Shown here: positions 16,717 through 25,983 of the stretch, one piece after another | Position numbering within the stretch: the stretch's first letter is position 1 | Layout of the letters: every line of letters begins with the position of its first letter | Origin: Deltaproteobacteria bacterium GWA2_45_12 | Lineage (GTDB): Bacteria; UBA10199 | Direction of reading: 5' to 3' | DNA length: 64,000 bases | Assembly: GCA_001797365.1 (NCBI GenBank) | Contig: MGPH01000028.1 | Span: 5,687-69,686 of the forward strand | Made by a program: the position numbers and the translations under genes | Notes under the pieces: generated by a model | Databases searched by the model: none | What the model saw: the letters and a program-made list of their open reading frames with translations, nothing else | What the model was told of the DNA's origin: nothing

Positions 16717-18807
16717 ATGTCTGACCCCCTCACAACCCATGTTCAATATGTCAAAGGGGTGGGGCCCTATATCGCTTCGCTTTTGGATAAAAAGGGCATC
16801 CATACCGTTGCCGATCTTTTTTATCATTTTCCAGCCTATTACCTTGATCGTCGTAAACTAGACACCATCCGTAGTTTGCAGCCCGGCAAGGAATCTTGTG
16901 TTATTGCCGAAGTTGTGGGCAGTGCCACACGCATGTTGGGGCGAAGTCGTAAACGTATTTTTGAAATTGTCGTGCAAGACGGCACAGGAATCGCCCTTCT
17001 TGTTTTTTTTAATTTCAGCGAAAAATTCTTAAAGAAAAAATATCCCCAAGGGAAACATATTTTTATTTCCGGCGAATGCCAGATGTTTGGGGCCCAAAAA
17101 CAATTCGTGCATCCGGATATCGAAGATTGGGAAGAAGGAGAAGAGACAGGAGGCGGAATATTGCCGGTGTATCCATTAACAGAGGGGCTTTATCAAAAAT
17201 CCCTGCGCAAAATCATTGCCGGGGCTCTTGAGCATTATTTGGAAGGTTTTGAAGAATCCCCTTATTCTGTGCGGGCTGAGGGTGATTCCAAAGTGAGTTT
17301 AAAAGAGGCTCTTCTTAAGGTGCACAGCCCTCCATCCGATGCCAATATTTGCGATCTCAATGAGATGAAGTCGGTTTGGCATCAACGAGTCATTTATGAC
17401 GAATTGTTTTATCTGCAATTGGGTTTGGGCATCAAAAAAGTCAATTTCAAAAAAGAGGAAGGATATCAATTTCAGAAATCCGAAAAATTATTATCCGGCG
17501 CCTTAAGCCTTCTCCCCTTTGAATTAACGGGGGCCCAAAAACGTGTGTTGTCGGAAATAGAAATTGATTTGCTCAAAAATGAGCCCATGAATCGTATGCT
17601 TCAAGGGGATGTGGGGTGCGGTAAAACGATGATTGCTTTTCTTTCTTCCCTGATAGCCATTGAAAACCAAACGCAGGCCGTCCTGATGGCTCCCACCGAG
17701 GTTTTGGCCCAGCAACATTTTATCAATTTAAAACCACTGGCTGAAAAATTGGGGATCCGTATTGCGCTTCTTACACGCACAACCGAAGGAAAAAATGATG
17801 TCTTAGATGAGTTGGCTCAAGGGAAAATAGATCTTGCCATCGGGACTCATGCCCTTATCCAGGATAATGTCTTGTTTAAAAAATTGGGGCTCATCATCAT
17901 TGATGAACAGCACCGCTTTGGAGTGATGCAAAGGGCACGGCTTAAGAAAAAATCATCGGTGTGTCCGCATATTTTGGTGATGACGGCAACGCCCATCCCG
18001 CGCACTTTGGCAATGAGTGTGTATGGCGACTTGGATGTTTCCATTATTGATGAACTTCCCAAGGGGCGCATCCCCATCAAAACATATGTGTTCAACGAAA
18101 AAATGAGGGCAAGGGCCTATGATCTCATCCGGCGTGAGCTGGAAAAGGGAAGGCAGGCTTATTTTGTTTATCCCTTGATTGAAGAAAGTGAAAAGAGTGA
18201 TTTAAAAGATGCCCAATCGATGGCTTTGGAATTAAGCCAGGTGTTTTCATCTTATAAAGTGGGATTGATGCACGGACGCATGAAGAATGATGAAAAGGAT
18301 GGGATCATGCGTTCTTTCAAAAAAAATGAAATCCAGATTCTAGTTTCAACCACGGTCATTGAAGTGGGTGTGGATGTGCCCAACTCAACGGTTATGGTGG
18401 TGGAGCATGCAGAACGTTTTGGGCTTTCGCAATTGCATCAATTAAGGGGAAGGGTGGGAAGAGGGGCGCATGAATCTTATTGCTTGCTCATGGCCCATTA
18501 TGCGCAGTCCGATGAAACCCGGTTTCGATTACGTGTGATGGAAGAAACAACCGATGGTTTTAAAATTGCTGAAGAAGACCTTCAATTGCGCGGCCCGGGA
18601 GATTTTTTGGGGACACGCCAATCGGGGCTGCCCGCTTTTCGCTTGGCCCATTTGGTGCGCGATTCAAAACTTCTGGCTGCGGCGCGTAAGCGCGCCATGG
18701 AAATTATTGAGGATGATCCGGACTTAAATCATCTCCATCACCATCTGATCAAAAAAATTCTAGTTGAAAGATGGGCTGAAAAATTGGAATTGGCAGAGGT
18801 GTCTTAG
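16717..18807 (+). CDS. recG: ATP-dependent DNA helicase RecG
   Basis: LQGDVGCGKT, DEQHRFG, MTATPIPRTL, QLRGRVGRG, RGPGDFLGTRQSG. Confidence 0.97.
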   Translation: MSDPLTTHVQYVKGVGPYIASLLDKKGIHTVADLFYHFPAYYLDRRKLDTIRSLQPGKESCVIAEVVGSATRMLGRSRKRIFEIVVQDGTGIALLVFFNFSEKFLKKKYPQGKHIFISGECQMFGAQKQFVHPDIEDWEEGEETGGGILPVYPLTEGLYQKSLRKIIAGALEHYLEGFEESPYSVRAEGDSKVSLKEALLKVHSPPSDANICDLNEMKSVWHQRVIYDELFYLQLGLGIKKVNFKKEEGYQFQKSEKLLSGALSLLPFELTGAQKRVLSEIEIDLLKNEPMNRMLQGDVGCGKTMIAFLSSLIAIENQTQAVLMAPTEVLAQQHFINLKPLAEKLGIRIALLTRTTEGKNDVLDELAQGKIDLAIGTHALIQDNVLFKKLGLIIIDEQHRFGVMQRARLKKKSSVCPHILVMTATPIPRTLAMSVYGDLDVSIIDELPKGRIPIKTYVFNEKMRARAYDLIRRELEKGRQAYFVYPLIEESEKSDLKDAQSMALELSQVFSSYKVGLMHGRMKNDEKDGIMRSFKKNEIQILVSTTVIEVGVDVPNSTVMVVEHAERFGLSQLHQLRGRVGRGAHESYCLLMAHYAQSDETRFRLRVMEETTDGFKIAEEDLQLRGPGDFLGTRQSGLPAFRLAHLVRDSKLLAAARKRAMEIIEDDPDLNHLHHHLIKKILVERWAEKLELAEVS

Positions 18808-18814
18808 ATATTTT

Positions 18815-18866
18815 GGTCCCTGAGCGAAGTCGAAGGGACGGTGTGCTTCGACTCCGCTCAGCAACC
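18815..18866. repeat. Inverted doublet of the ctgagcgRagtcgaag element
   Basis: ggtccctgagcgaagtcgaaggg...gcttcgactccgctcagcaacc. Confidence 0.85.
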
Positions 18867-18875
18867 GAAAGCATT

Positions 18876-19739
18876 ATGCAACCCTTACTCAAACCCCCAT
18901 GGCTTAAAAAACGCCTGGACGTTGCCGCCCTGACAGGCATGCAGGCCAGGTTGCGTGGCCTCACCCTGCATTCAGTATGCGAAGAAGCGCGTTGCCCCAA
19001 TATTTCCGAATGCTTTTCCAAGGGTGTGGCCACCGTCATGATCATGGGCGATACCTGCACGCGCGCTTGCAAGTTTTGTGCAGTGGCCACGGGCCGTCCC
19101 AAACCCCTTGATCCAAATGAACCGGAAAATGTCGCCAAATGGGCGGGGGATGCGGGTTTGAAACACATTGTGATTACGTCGGTGGATCGGGACGATCTGC
19201 CCGACTTGGGGGCCACCCATTTTGGAAAAACCGTTCAAACGATGAAAGAAATCCATCCTTTGATGATTGTGGAAGTGCTTACCCCCGATTTTCAGGGGAA
19301 AGGGGAGCTCATCGACAAAGTTTGCCAGGCAGAACCAAAAATTTACAATCACAACCTGGAAACTGTTCGCCGGCTTACGCCCGGGGTTCGTTCTGCGGCC
19401 AGGTATGATCGTTCCCTTCAGGTGATAAAATGGGTCAAAAAAAATTATCCAAATCAATTGACCAAGTCGGGTCTCATGCTGGGCTTGGGCGAAACCGAGG
19501 AAGAAATTCTGGAATCGATGCAGGATCTTTTAAACCATGGCTGCGACATGCTCACCCTGGGTCAATACCTTCAACCCACCTTGAAACATCTTCCCGTTAA
19601 AGAATACATTCCCCTTGAAAAGTTCGAAGGATACCACAAACGCGGTCTTCAAATGGGCTTCAAAGCCGTTTTTGCCGGCCCCTTTGTACGCTCTTCCTAT
19701 CTGGCCGATGAGCTTTATGAACAAACGTTTTCGGTTTGA
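18876..19739 (+). CDS. lipA: Lipoyl synthase
   Basis: CEEARCPNISEC, CTRACKFC, TSVDRDDL, RSSY. Confidence 0.96.
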   Translation: MQPLLKPPWLKKRLDVAALTGMQARLRGLTLHSVCEEARCPNISECFSKGVATVMIMGDTCTRACKFCAVATGRPKPLDPNEPENVAKWAGDAGLKHIVITSVDRDDLPDLGATHFGKTVQTMKEIHPLMIVEVLTPDFQGKGELIDKVCQAEPKIYNHNLETVRRLTPGVRSAARYDRSLQVIKWVKKNYPNQLTKSGLMLGLGETEEEILESMQDLLNHGCDMLTLGQYLQPTLKHLPVKEYIPLEKFEGYHKRGLQMGFKAVFAGPFVRSSYLADELYEQTFSV

Positions 19740-19833
19740 TGTTTTTCATCACTTTTGACCTTTGGACAGAATTGGCTTGAGCTTTATTTCCAATGGTTTC
19801 CCGTTATTTTAATTACAATAAAAAAATAAAATC

Positions 19834-19946
19834 GTCATTCCTGCCACGTGACCCCGCAACGCGGGGTTCTGTTGGCAGGAATCCAATACTGGGCCCCCGC
19901 TCTCAGAAATCCTCGGAGTACCGAGGATTAGCGTGGCGGGGGTGAC
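19834..19946. repeat. GTCATTCC...GGAATC / CCCC...GGGGTGAC doublet with extra hairpins inside both loops
   Basis: gtcattcctgcca[..accccgcaacgcggggt..]tggcaggaatcc; cccccgc[..atcctcggagtaccgaggat..]gcgggggtgac; uninterrupted relative at 31231-31306. Confidence 0.7.
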
Positions 19947-20038
19947 GTTTATAGAGGTGTCCAAAGATTAGCATCACTTTCATTGACACAAAATTCCAAA
20001 AATGATGAAGTGCGCCATTTACTTTCAGGAGCTTTTTT

Positions 20039-21409
20039 ATGCGTTTTTCCCTGCGTTCTTTTTTGATTTTGTTTTTTCTGCTGGGGCTTACTCATTGCGG
20101 GTTTCATAAACCGCACGTCAGGGTTCTTCCCAAGACGGATACCCTGGATAGAAAAATCCTTTTTATCGGTTTGGATGGCATGGGCTATGCCATGATGAAG
20201 GAACTTAAAGACGAGGGCTATTATCGCGGTTTTTCTGAACCGATTCCGCTGATTGTTCCTTTTCCGTCAGCCACGACCATCGGCTTTACAGGCATTTTTC
20301 AAGCGCTTGATGTAGGCACTGTTCCCGGTTACGAGACCCGTTTTTATTCCTTCAAAGATGACAAGATTATCGGGGGGACGCCTTTTGATGTTTATAAAAT
20401 TCCCATTAATTACAAATATTATTTTGATTCCTTCAGGCATACCATGACGGAAAAGGCCATTATGTACGGATTTCCCGGGGTCGCCGGCATGCAAGACCTC
20501 GAACGTGCAAGAAGATTGGTCATGAATAGCCCTAAAAAAGTGGTCTTTTCGTATTTGGGCGGTACCGACGGAGCCCAGCACTTGTTGGGACGCAACCGCA
20601 CCAAGCGTTTCATGAAATTCATGGATTCCTATTTGGAACGAATAAAGAAAGAATATGAAAACAAATTTCATGCGCCATTGGAAATCGTCCTGTTTTCAGA
20701 TCATGGATTCCATTACGACAAGATGCATTTGATGACGGCTGCGGACATTGAAAAAGTCATCAAAGGCCGGGGTTTCAAGCTTGCCAGCCATTTGCGCAAC
20801 AATCCAAAGAATGTGGTTACGGTTCGGTTTGGGCTTTTGAGCGCCGGAGCCCTGTTTACCCACCCATCTTCTGTCACCGAAGTGGCAAGACTTGTCAATG
20901 GAGTGGAGGGCATTGATCTTGTTTTCTGGCCCGAAAAAAACCGGATTTACGTGCTTAATGGAAAAAACGAAGAGGCTTATTTTGAATATGAATCAAAGCG
21001 CCACTACAAATATGTTTCGATAAAAGGCGATCCCTTGCATTATCTTGGTGGCAAAACCATTTTGAAGCTTTCAGATGACCAATGGTTTAAGAAGACATGG
21101 AACGAACAATACCCCGATGCCGGTTACCGTTTGTATGATGCTTTTCATCATTTGGTTGAAAACAAGGCCGGGATTCTTTTTAGCTTGAAACCAAAGTATC
21201 AATTTGGCAGCATGGCTGCCTTAACCGGTACACAGCTTAAATTTGGACACAAGGGAACTCACGGGGCTCTCTTTCAGGATGTAAGCCAGGGTGTGGTGAT
21301 GACCGATAACCCAAAGATCAAACTTCCCCAAGCCCTGCGTTATGATGATTTTTTTAATGTGTTTATCCCTAAAGTGGTGGATGCGGTGAAAAAATGCGGA
21401 GTCCATTAA
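20039..21409 (+). CDS. Alkaline-phosphatase-superfamily lipoprotein (phosphodiesterase-like)
   Basis: Lipobox-like LTHC; IGLDG, FPSATT, DGAQH, SDHG, GTHG. Confidence 0.75.
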   Translation: MRFSLRSFLILFFLLGLTHCGFHKPHVRVLPKTDTLDRKILFIGLDGMGYAMMKELKDEGYYRGFSEPIPLIVPFPSATTIGFTGIFQALDVGTVPGYETRFYSFKDDKIIGGTPFDVYKIPINYKYYFDSFRHTMTEKAIMYGFPGVAGMQDLERARRLVMNSPKKVVFSYLGGTDGAQHLLGRNRTKRFMKFMDSYLERIKKEYENKFHAPLEIVLFSDHGFHYDKMHLMTAADIEKVIKGRGFKLASHLRNNPKNVVTVRFGLLSAGALFTHPSSVTEVARLVNGVEGIDLVFWPEKNRIYVLNGKNEEAYFEYESKRHYKYVSIKGDPLHYLGGKTILKLSDDQWFKKTWNEQYPDAGYRLYDAFHHLVENKAGILFSLKPKYQFGSMAALTGTQLKFGHKGTHGALFQDVSQGVVMTDNPKIKLPQALRYDDFFNVFIPKVVDAVKKCGVH

Positions 21410-22104
21410 TGAGCAAAAAAAAATGCGTTGTTTTTGATCTGGATGGTACTTTGGTTGATTCCATGAGTGGGCTGGCCGATATAGCCCAAAAGGTCATCCA
21501 GGAAATTTACGACGTTTCTCCTTTGTGGGCTCGCACCCAATACCAACAAACTTCCGGGCTTCCTTTTCCTTTTCAGTTGGACAAAATTTTTCCACAAGAC
21601 TCTCGTAATAGTGGGGCGGTTACGCTTTTTGATGATCTAAAAGAAAAATATTACGTTCATGCCCCTCTTTTTGAGGATGTAAAAGCGGGTCTTCATCTTT
21701 TAAAGAGTGAAGGCTATCATCTGGCGGTTTCCTCCAACAACGATCAGGCTTTGGTGAGCCAAAAAATAGAGCAATTTGATTTACATTTTGACATGGTCAT
21801 GGGGTTTAGACCCAATTTTTTAAAAGGGGCCGATCATTTCCGTTGGCTTTTTCATTGCCTTGGTCTTTTGCCTTCAGACACCTTCATGGTGGGAGATTCC
21901 CTTCATGACGGAAGGTTGGCCCGTCAGTCCGGTGTTTCTTTTGTGGCCCGTTTGGGTACTTTTTCAAAAACGGATTTTGAAAAAGAATTTCCATCACTTT
22001 GTTCCGTTTCTTCCTTTGAAGAACTTCCACTTCTCTTGGCCAAGCAAGATTCTTCAGAAGATTTTGTTTTAAAACGTTCGGCACGACCGTTGATCTCATT
22101 ATAA
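21409..22104 (+). CDS. HAD-family hydrolase
   Basis: FDLDGTLVDS, SSNN, VGDSLHD; TAATG overlap with the upstream gene. Confidence 0.85.
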   Translation: MSKKKCVVFDLDGTLVDSMSGLADIAQKVIQEIYDVSPLWARTQYQQTSGLPFPFQLDKIFPQDSRNSGAVTLFDDLKEKYYVHAPLFEDVKAGLHLLKSEGYHLAVSSNNDQALVSQKIEQFDLHFDMVMGFRPNFLKGADHFRWLFHCLGLLPSDTFMVGDSLHDGRLARQSGVSFVARLGTFSKTDFEKEFPSLCSVSSFEELPLLLAKQDSSEDFVLKRSARPLISL

Positions 22105-22823
22105 TGAATATCCTTATTTTAGCTGCAGGGATGGGCGTTCGCCTGGGAAATATTGATCAACCCAAATCCCTTGTTTCCCTCAAGGGCAAATCCCTTTTGG
22201 TTCATCTTTTAGATGGGTTGAGATCTTTTTTTGATGGCACCATTTATGTCGTGGGCGGTTATTGCATTGACCAGCTGGCTCTTGTGACCCAAAAAGATTC
22301 TTCCATCAAACTTCTTAGTAACACCCATTATTCCCGCGGAAGCATCCTTTCTCTTTTGGCAGCCAAGGAATTTTTAAATGATTCGTTTTTTCTCATGAAT
22401 GCGGATCATCTTTATTCACCACGCATTTTAGGGAAAATTTTTTCATTACAAAAAAATCCGGAAAACATCCGCATCCTATGTGACCACGATCGCGCCTTGA
22501 CCCAGGATGACATGAAGGTGAAATTAAATGCCAAGGGAAATGTCCAGGCAATTTCAAAAACACTTTCCGATTTTGATCTTGGGTACATTGGCTGTAGTTT
22601 CATTCCCAAAGATCGTCTTTCTTTATACTGGGAAACGGCCATGGAGGTTTTAAAAACGAAGGGGGACAAAGTGGCTGTTGAAAGTGTTATCCAGGCTCTT
22701 TCAGACAGGGGAGAAGACGTTTGCCCCTTGGATGTGAGTGGTTCTTATTGGATTGAAGTGGATACTCCGGAAGATAGGGCCAAAGCAGAACAAACGCTTT
22801 CCATGGTTCTAAACGATTTTTAG
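22104..22823 (+). CDS. Phosphocholine/inositol-phosphate cytidylyltransferase-like NTP transferase
   Basis: ILAAGMGVRL, PKSL, MNADH, DDMKV, WIEVDTPED; TAATG overlap. Confidence 0.75.
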   Translation: MNILILAAGMGVRLGNIDQPKSLVSLKGKSLLVHLLDGLRSFFDGTIYVVGGYCIDQLALVTQKDSSIKLLSNTHYSRGSILSLLAAKEFLNDSFFLMNADHLYSPRILGKIFSLQKNPENIRILCDHDRALTQDDMKVKLNAKGNVQAISKTLSDFDLGYIGCSFIPKDRLSLYWETAMEVLKTKGDKVAVESVIQALSDRGEDVCPLDVSGSYWIEVDTPEDRAKAEQTLSMVLNDF

Positions 22824-22948
22824 CTTGATCTTTGTTTTCGGATATTTAATATCCCCCTCGTTTTTCTCCCTTGGCTCTCTTTGACGCAAGAATGTTGACT
22901 TGAATGTTTAATTTTAACTCCAAACAAAAGGGTTGGAGAGTTGACAAT

Positions 22949-23019
22949 CAGCCGCACGGCGGCGGTGAGGGGGAGGCTCCAGCGGCTTTGCCGATGGAGG
23001 GGGCGACGCGAGCCCCTAT
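22949..23019 (+). other. GC-rich multi-hairpin intergenic element (candidate repeat or structured RNA)
   Basis: gccgcacggcggc; ctcca-gcggc-ttt-gccga-tggag; agggg...cccct in an AT-rich context. Confidence 0.45.
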
Positions 23020-23044
23020 AATCGAATTTTAAAAAGGAAGATTT

Positions 23045-23383
23045 ATGAGCTATGACGATTTAACCGGTGAAGAATTCATTGATGTCATTAAAGATGCCAT
23101 GAAGGAAGATGGGCGTGTGCGTGTTGATTTTGTCGAATTTGAAATGAACAAGGGACGCCCTGTTTTGGCAGGAAGAGTGGCCAGCGATGAAGATTTACTT
23201 ATTGTCGATGAAATCATGACGGATACTCTTGAAATTGACGACTATGACAACAATATCTGGGTTGATGATAGCCTTTCCTTTGAAGCCAGAGATGATGACG
23301 AAGAGGAAACAGAAGACCTCAATTTTGATGAAGCAAGCGATATGGATGAAGAAAGTTTTGATGAAGACGAGGAAGAAAAGTAA
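23045..23383 (+). CDS. Very acidic cytoplasmic protein with a BON-like N-terminal domain
   Basis: IKDAMKED...VLAGRVAS...NNIWV pattern; 44 of 112 residues are D/E; AAGGAAG RBS. Confidence 0.6.
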   Translation: MSYDDLTGEEFIDVIKDAMKEDGRVRVDFVEFEMNKGRPVLAGRVASDEDLLIVDEIMTDTLEIDDYDNNIWVDDSLSFEARDDDEEETEDLNFDEASDMDEESFDEDEEEK

Positions 23384-23462
23384 GCCTTTGGCGCGCCATG
23401 TCCCATCCCCTTGAATTTAAACAATAGTTCAGGATTAAATCCTTGACAAAATGGCTTGATTC

Positions 23463-23482
23463 ATGAATGAATCACCATTCAT
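23463..23482. promoter_or_regulatory. Probable operator of the adjacent TetR/FadR-type regulator
   Basis: ATGAATGAATCACCATTCAT, an imperfect palindrome close to the Bacillus FadR(YsiA) box WTGAATGAMTANTCATTCAN. Confidence 0.65.
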
Positions 23483-23500
23483 TTTTGTGATATTTTCTGT

Positions 23501-24112
23501 ATGGTAAACTCTCCAGCCAAAAAGAGTTCGGTTGATAAACGGCAAAAAATCATGGACGCGGCAGTCCATGTTTTTGCCAAACAAGGCTTTTACAACAGTA
23601 CGGTCGCCGATGTTGCGCGTATGGCGGACGTGGCCGATGGGACCATTTACCTTTATTTCAAGAACAAGGACGATCTGCTCATTTCCATTTTCGAGCATAG
23701 CATCCAGTTTTTTATAGGATCGGCTTACGAAGAGCTTAAAGGAGCCAAAAACGCTGTCGACAAACTTAAAAAGTTTGTTTATCTCCATTTAAAACTGGTT
23801 CAAAACAATCCCCATTTGGCTCATGTTATCCAGGTAGAACTTCGTCAGAGTGCCAAATTTGTAAAGGAATACGCCAACGAGAAATTTTTTGAGTATTTAA
23901 ATATTGTTCGATCCGTCATTGAAGAGGGTCAGCAACAAGGCTTGTTCAAGAAAAGTTTAAATCCCACCTTGGTTAAAAGAGCCATTTTTGGAGCCATTGA
24001 TGAAATGGCCTTGGAATGGGTTTTGATGAACAAGAAGCGATATTCCATTGAAGAAGCCGCCAAGGAATTATGCCTTCTCTTTATTGAAGGAATGATGGAA
24101 AGAAAGGAATAA
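23501..24112 (+). CDS. TetR-family regulator (FadR/YsiA-like)
   Basis: IMDAAVHVFAKQGF...VADGTIYLYFKNKDDLL; QVELRQS; upstream of etfBA. Confidence 0.9.
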   Translation: MVNSPAKKSSVDKRQKIMDAAVHVFAKQGFYNSTVADVARMADVADGTIYLYFKNKDDLLISIFEHSIQFFIGSAYEELKGAKNAVDKLKKFVYLHLKLVQNNPHLAHVIQVELRQSAKFVKEYANEKFFEYLNIVRSVIEEGQQQGLFKKSLNPTLVKRAIFGAIDEMALEWVLMNKKRYSIEEAAKELCLLFIEGMMERKE

Positions 24113-24118
24113 AAAAAT

Positions 24119-24892
24119 ATGAAAATAGCCGCTCTTTTGAAACAAGTTCCCGACACCGAAACAAAAATTCGTATCAAGGCCGATGCCAGTGGTATCGAAG
24201 AATCGGATATCAAATACATTGTAAATCCTTATTGTGAATTTGCTGTGGAAGAGGCCATTAAAACCAGGGAAAAAAATCCTGGCAGTGAGGCCGTCGCCAT
24301 CTCTTTGGGGCCCGACCGTGCTGTTGAAGCCATTAGAACAGCCCTGGCCATGGGCATGGATAAAGGGATTCATATTCAACATACGGGAGGATGGTTGGAT
24401 AGTTTTAGTGTGGCCACAGTTTTGGCTAAAGTGATTGGGCAAAATAATTTTGATGTCATTTTTTGCGGCAAACAGGCCATCGATGAAGATGCCGGCCAGA
24501 CGGCCCAAATGATTGCCGAAATTTTAAACATTCCCCAAGTCATGGTCATCGAAAAATTTGAGCTAAAGGATGCCAAAACAGCTGTTGTTACTCGCCGTGT
24601 CAGTGGAGGGGCCAAGGAAATTTATGAAACCCCACTCCCCATTCTTGTGGGTTGTGAAAAGGGGCTTAATACCCCTCGTTACGCTTCTTTACCCGGCATC
24701 ATGAAGGCAAAAACCAAGCCCGTTCAAAAACTGCTTTCAACCGATTTGTTGGCGGGAAGTCAGTCGCTGGTTCAATTTGTAAACTACCAACTGCCCCCTG
24801 AACGTAAAGCCGGCAAGAAACTGGATGGAGAGCCAGCCCAACAGGCCAAAGAATTGGCCCGTTTGCTCAGGGAAGAAGCAAAAGTGATATAG
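24119..24892 (+). CDS. etfB: Electron transfer flavoprotein beta subunit
   Basis: KQVPDT, NPYCEFAVEEA, CGKQAIDED, PRYASL. Confidence 0.95.
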   Translation: MKIAALLKQVPDTETKIRIKADASGIEESDIKYIVNPYCEFAVEEAIKTREKNPGSEAVAISLGPDRAVEAIRTALAMGMDKGIHIQHTGGWLDSFSVATVLAKVIGQNNFDVIFCGKQAIDEDAGQTAQMIAEILNIPQVMVIEKFELKDAKTAVVTRRVSGGAKEIYETPLPILVGCEKGLNTPRYASLPGIMKAKTKPVQKLLSTDLLAGSQSLVQFVNYQLPPERKAGKKLDGEPAQQAKELARLLREEAKVI

Positions 24893-24902
24893 TACTGGGC
24901 AT

Positions 24903-24973
24903 GGTCCCTGAGCGAAGTGGTCCCCGAGCGGAGTCGAGGGGTCGAAGGGACACCTCGACTCCGCTCGGTGACC
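24903..24973. repeat. Self-nested ctgagcgRagtcgaag element plus inverted partner
   Basis: ggtccctgagcgaagt[ggtccccgagcggagtcgagggg]tcgaaggg...cctcgactccgctcgg. Confidence 0.85.
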
Positions 24974-24994
24974 ACCCCTAAAGAGGAGAAAATC

Positions 24995-25975
24995 ATGACC
25001 GACATTCTTGTATTAGGCGAACATGCAGACGGTAAAGTGAAAAAAACAACCTTTGAACTTGTTTCCAAGGCCAGCCAGTTGGCAGGCGAATCTGGGGGAA
25101 AAGTTTTTTGTTTGTTTATTGGAAATAAGGTGGGTGATTTGCCGGGCCAAGTGGCTTGTTTTGGCGCCAAGGCCGCCATTGTGGTCGAAGATGAAAAACT
25201 GGCCAACTACAATACTATTGCCTTCAAAGAAATTCTGGTTCAGGTGATCAACCAGTTCAAACCAAGCATTGTTTTGGGAACGGCATCTCCCACAGGAAAA
25301 GATGTTTTTCCCCGTTTGGCAGTCAGTGTGAAGGCGGGTCTTGCCACCGATGCCATCGAACTTCGTCTGGATAACGGAAAACTTGTTGCCAAACGTCCTG
25401 TTTTTTCGGGAAAAACCCTGGTTGAAGTTTCGTATAAAACACCCGTTCAGTTGGCGACATGCCGTCCCAATTCTTTCCCAACCAATGAGGCATCCACAGG
25501 AGCTGCCCCCGAGATTATCAAGCTTTCACCCCAAATTTCTGAACTGCGTTGTGTGATGAAGGAAAAGGTGCAAGGAGTTGTTGGCAAGCAAGATTTGACC
25601 GAAGCTGAAATCATTGTCTCCGGAGGGCGTGCGATGGCCAATGCGGATAATTTCAAGATTTTAAACGCCATGGCCGATGTGATAGGGGCCACTGTAGGAG
25701 CTAGCCGTGCCGCCGTTGATTCAGGATATGCCCCCCATGACATGCAAGTGGGGCAAACCGGAAAAGTGGTCAATCCAAAACTTTACATGGCCTGTGGTAT
25801 TTCCGGGGCCATTCAGCATTTGGCGGGGATGCGTACTTCCAAGGTGATTGTCGCCATTAACAAAGACCCCGAAGCTCCCATTTTTTCAAAAGCGGACTAT
25901 GGCATTGTAGGAGATTTATTTACCGTAATCCCTCTTTTGACGGACGAACTTAAAAAAGTGGTTGCTGAAAGTTAA
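24995..25975 (+). CDS. etfA: Electron transfer flavoprotein alpha subunit
   Basis: VSGGRA, GASRAAVD, QVGQTGK, GISGAIQHLAGM; GAGGAG RBS. Confidence 0.95.
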   Translation: MTDILVLGEHADGKVKKTTFELVSKASQLAGESGGKVFCLFIGNKVGDLPGQVACFGAKAAIVVEDEKLANYNTIAFKEILVQVINQFKPSIVLGTASPTGKDVFPRLAVSVKAGLATDAIELRLDNGKLVAKRPVFSGKTLVEVSYKTPVQLATCRPNSFPTNEASTGAAPEIIKLSPQISELRCVMKEKVQGVVGKQDLTEAEIIVSGGRAMANADNFKILNAMADVIGATVGASRAAVDSGYAPHDMQVGQTGKVVNPKLYMACGISGAIQHLAGMRTSKVIVAINKDPEAPIFSKADYGIVGDLFTVIPLLTDELKKVVAES

Positions 25976-25983
25976 AGCCAAAC

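Noticed and set aside
16330..16827. Minus-strand ORFs of 165 and 82 aa
   Set aside because: They run antisense across the tRNA, the repeats and the recG start
18813..18875. N-terminal extensions in the ORF track for lipA, and likewise lipB, etfA, argB, glnE and the crotonase
   Set aside because: They are translations of intergenic palindromic repeats (PERSR, LRLRS, STGS); downstream ATGs match where family homology begins
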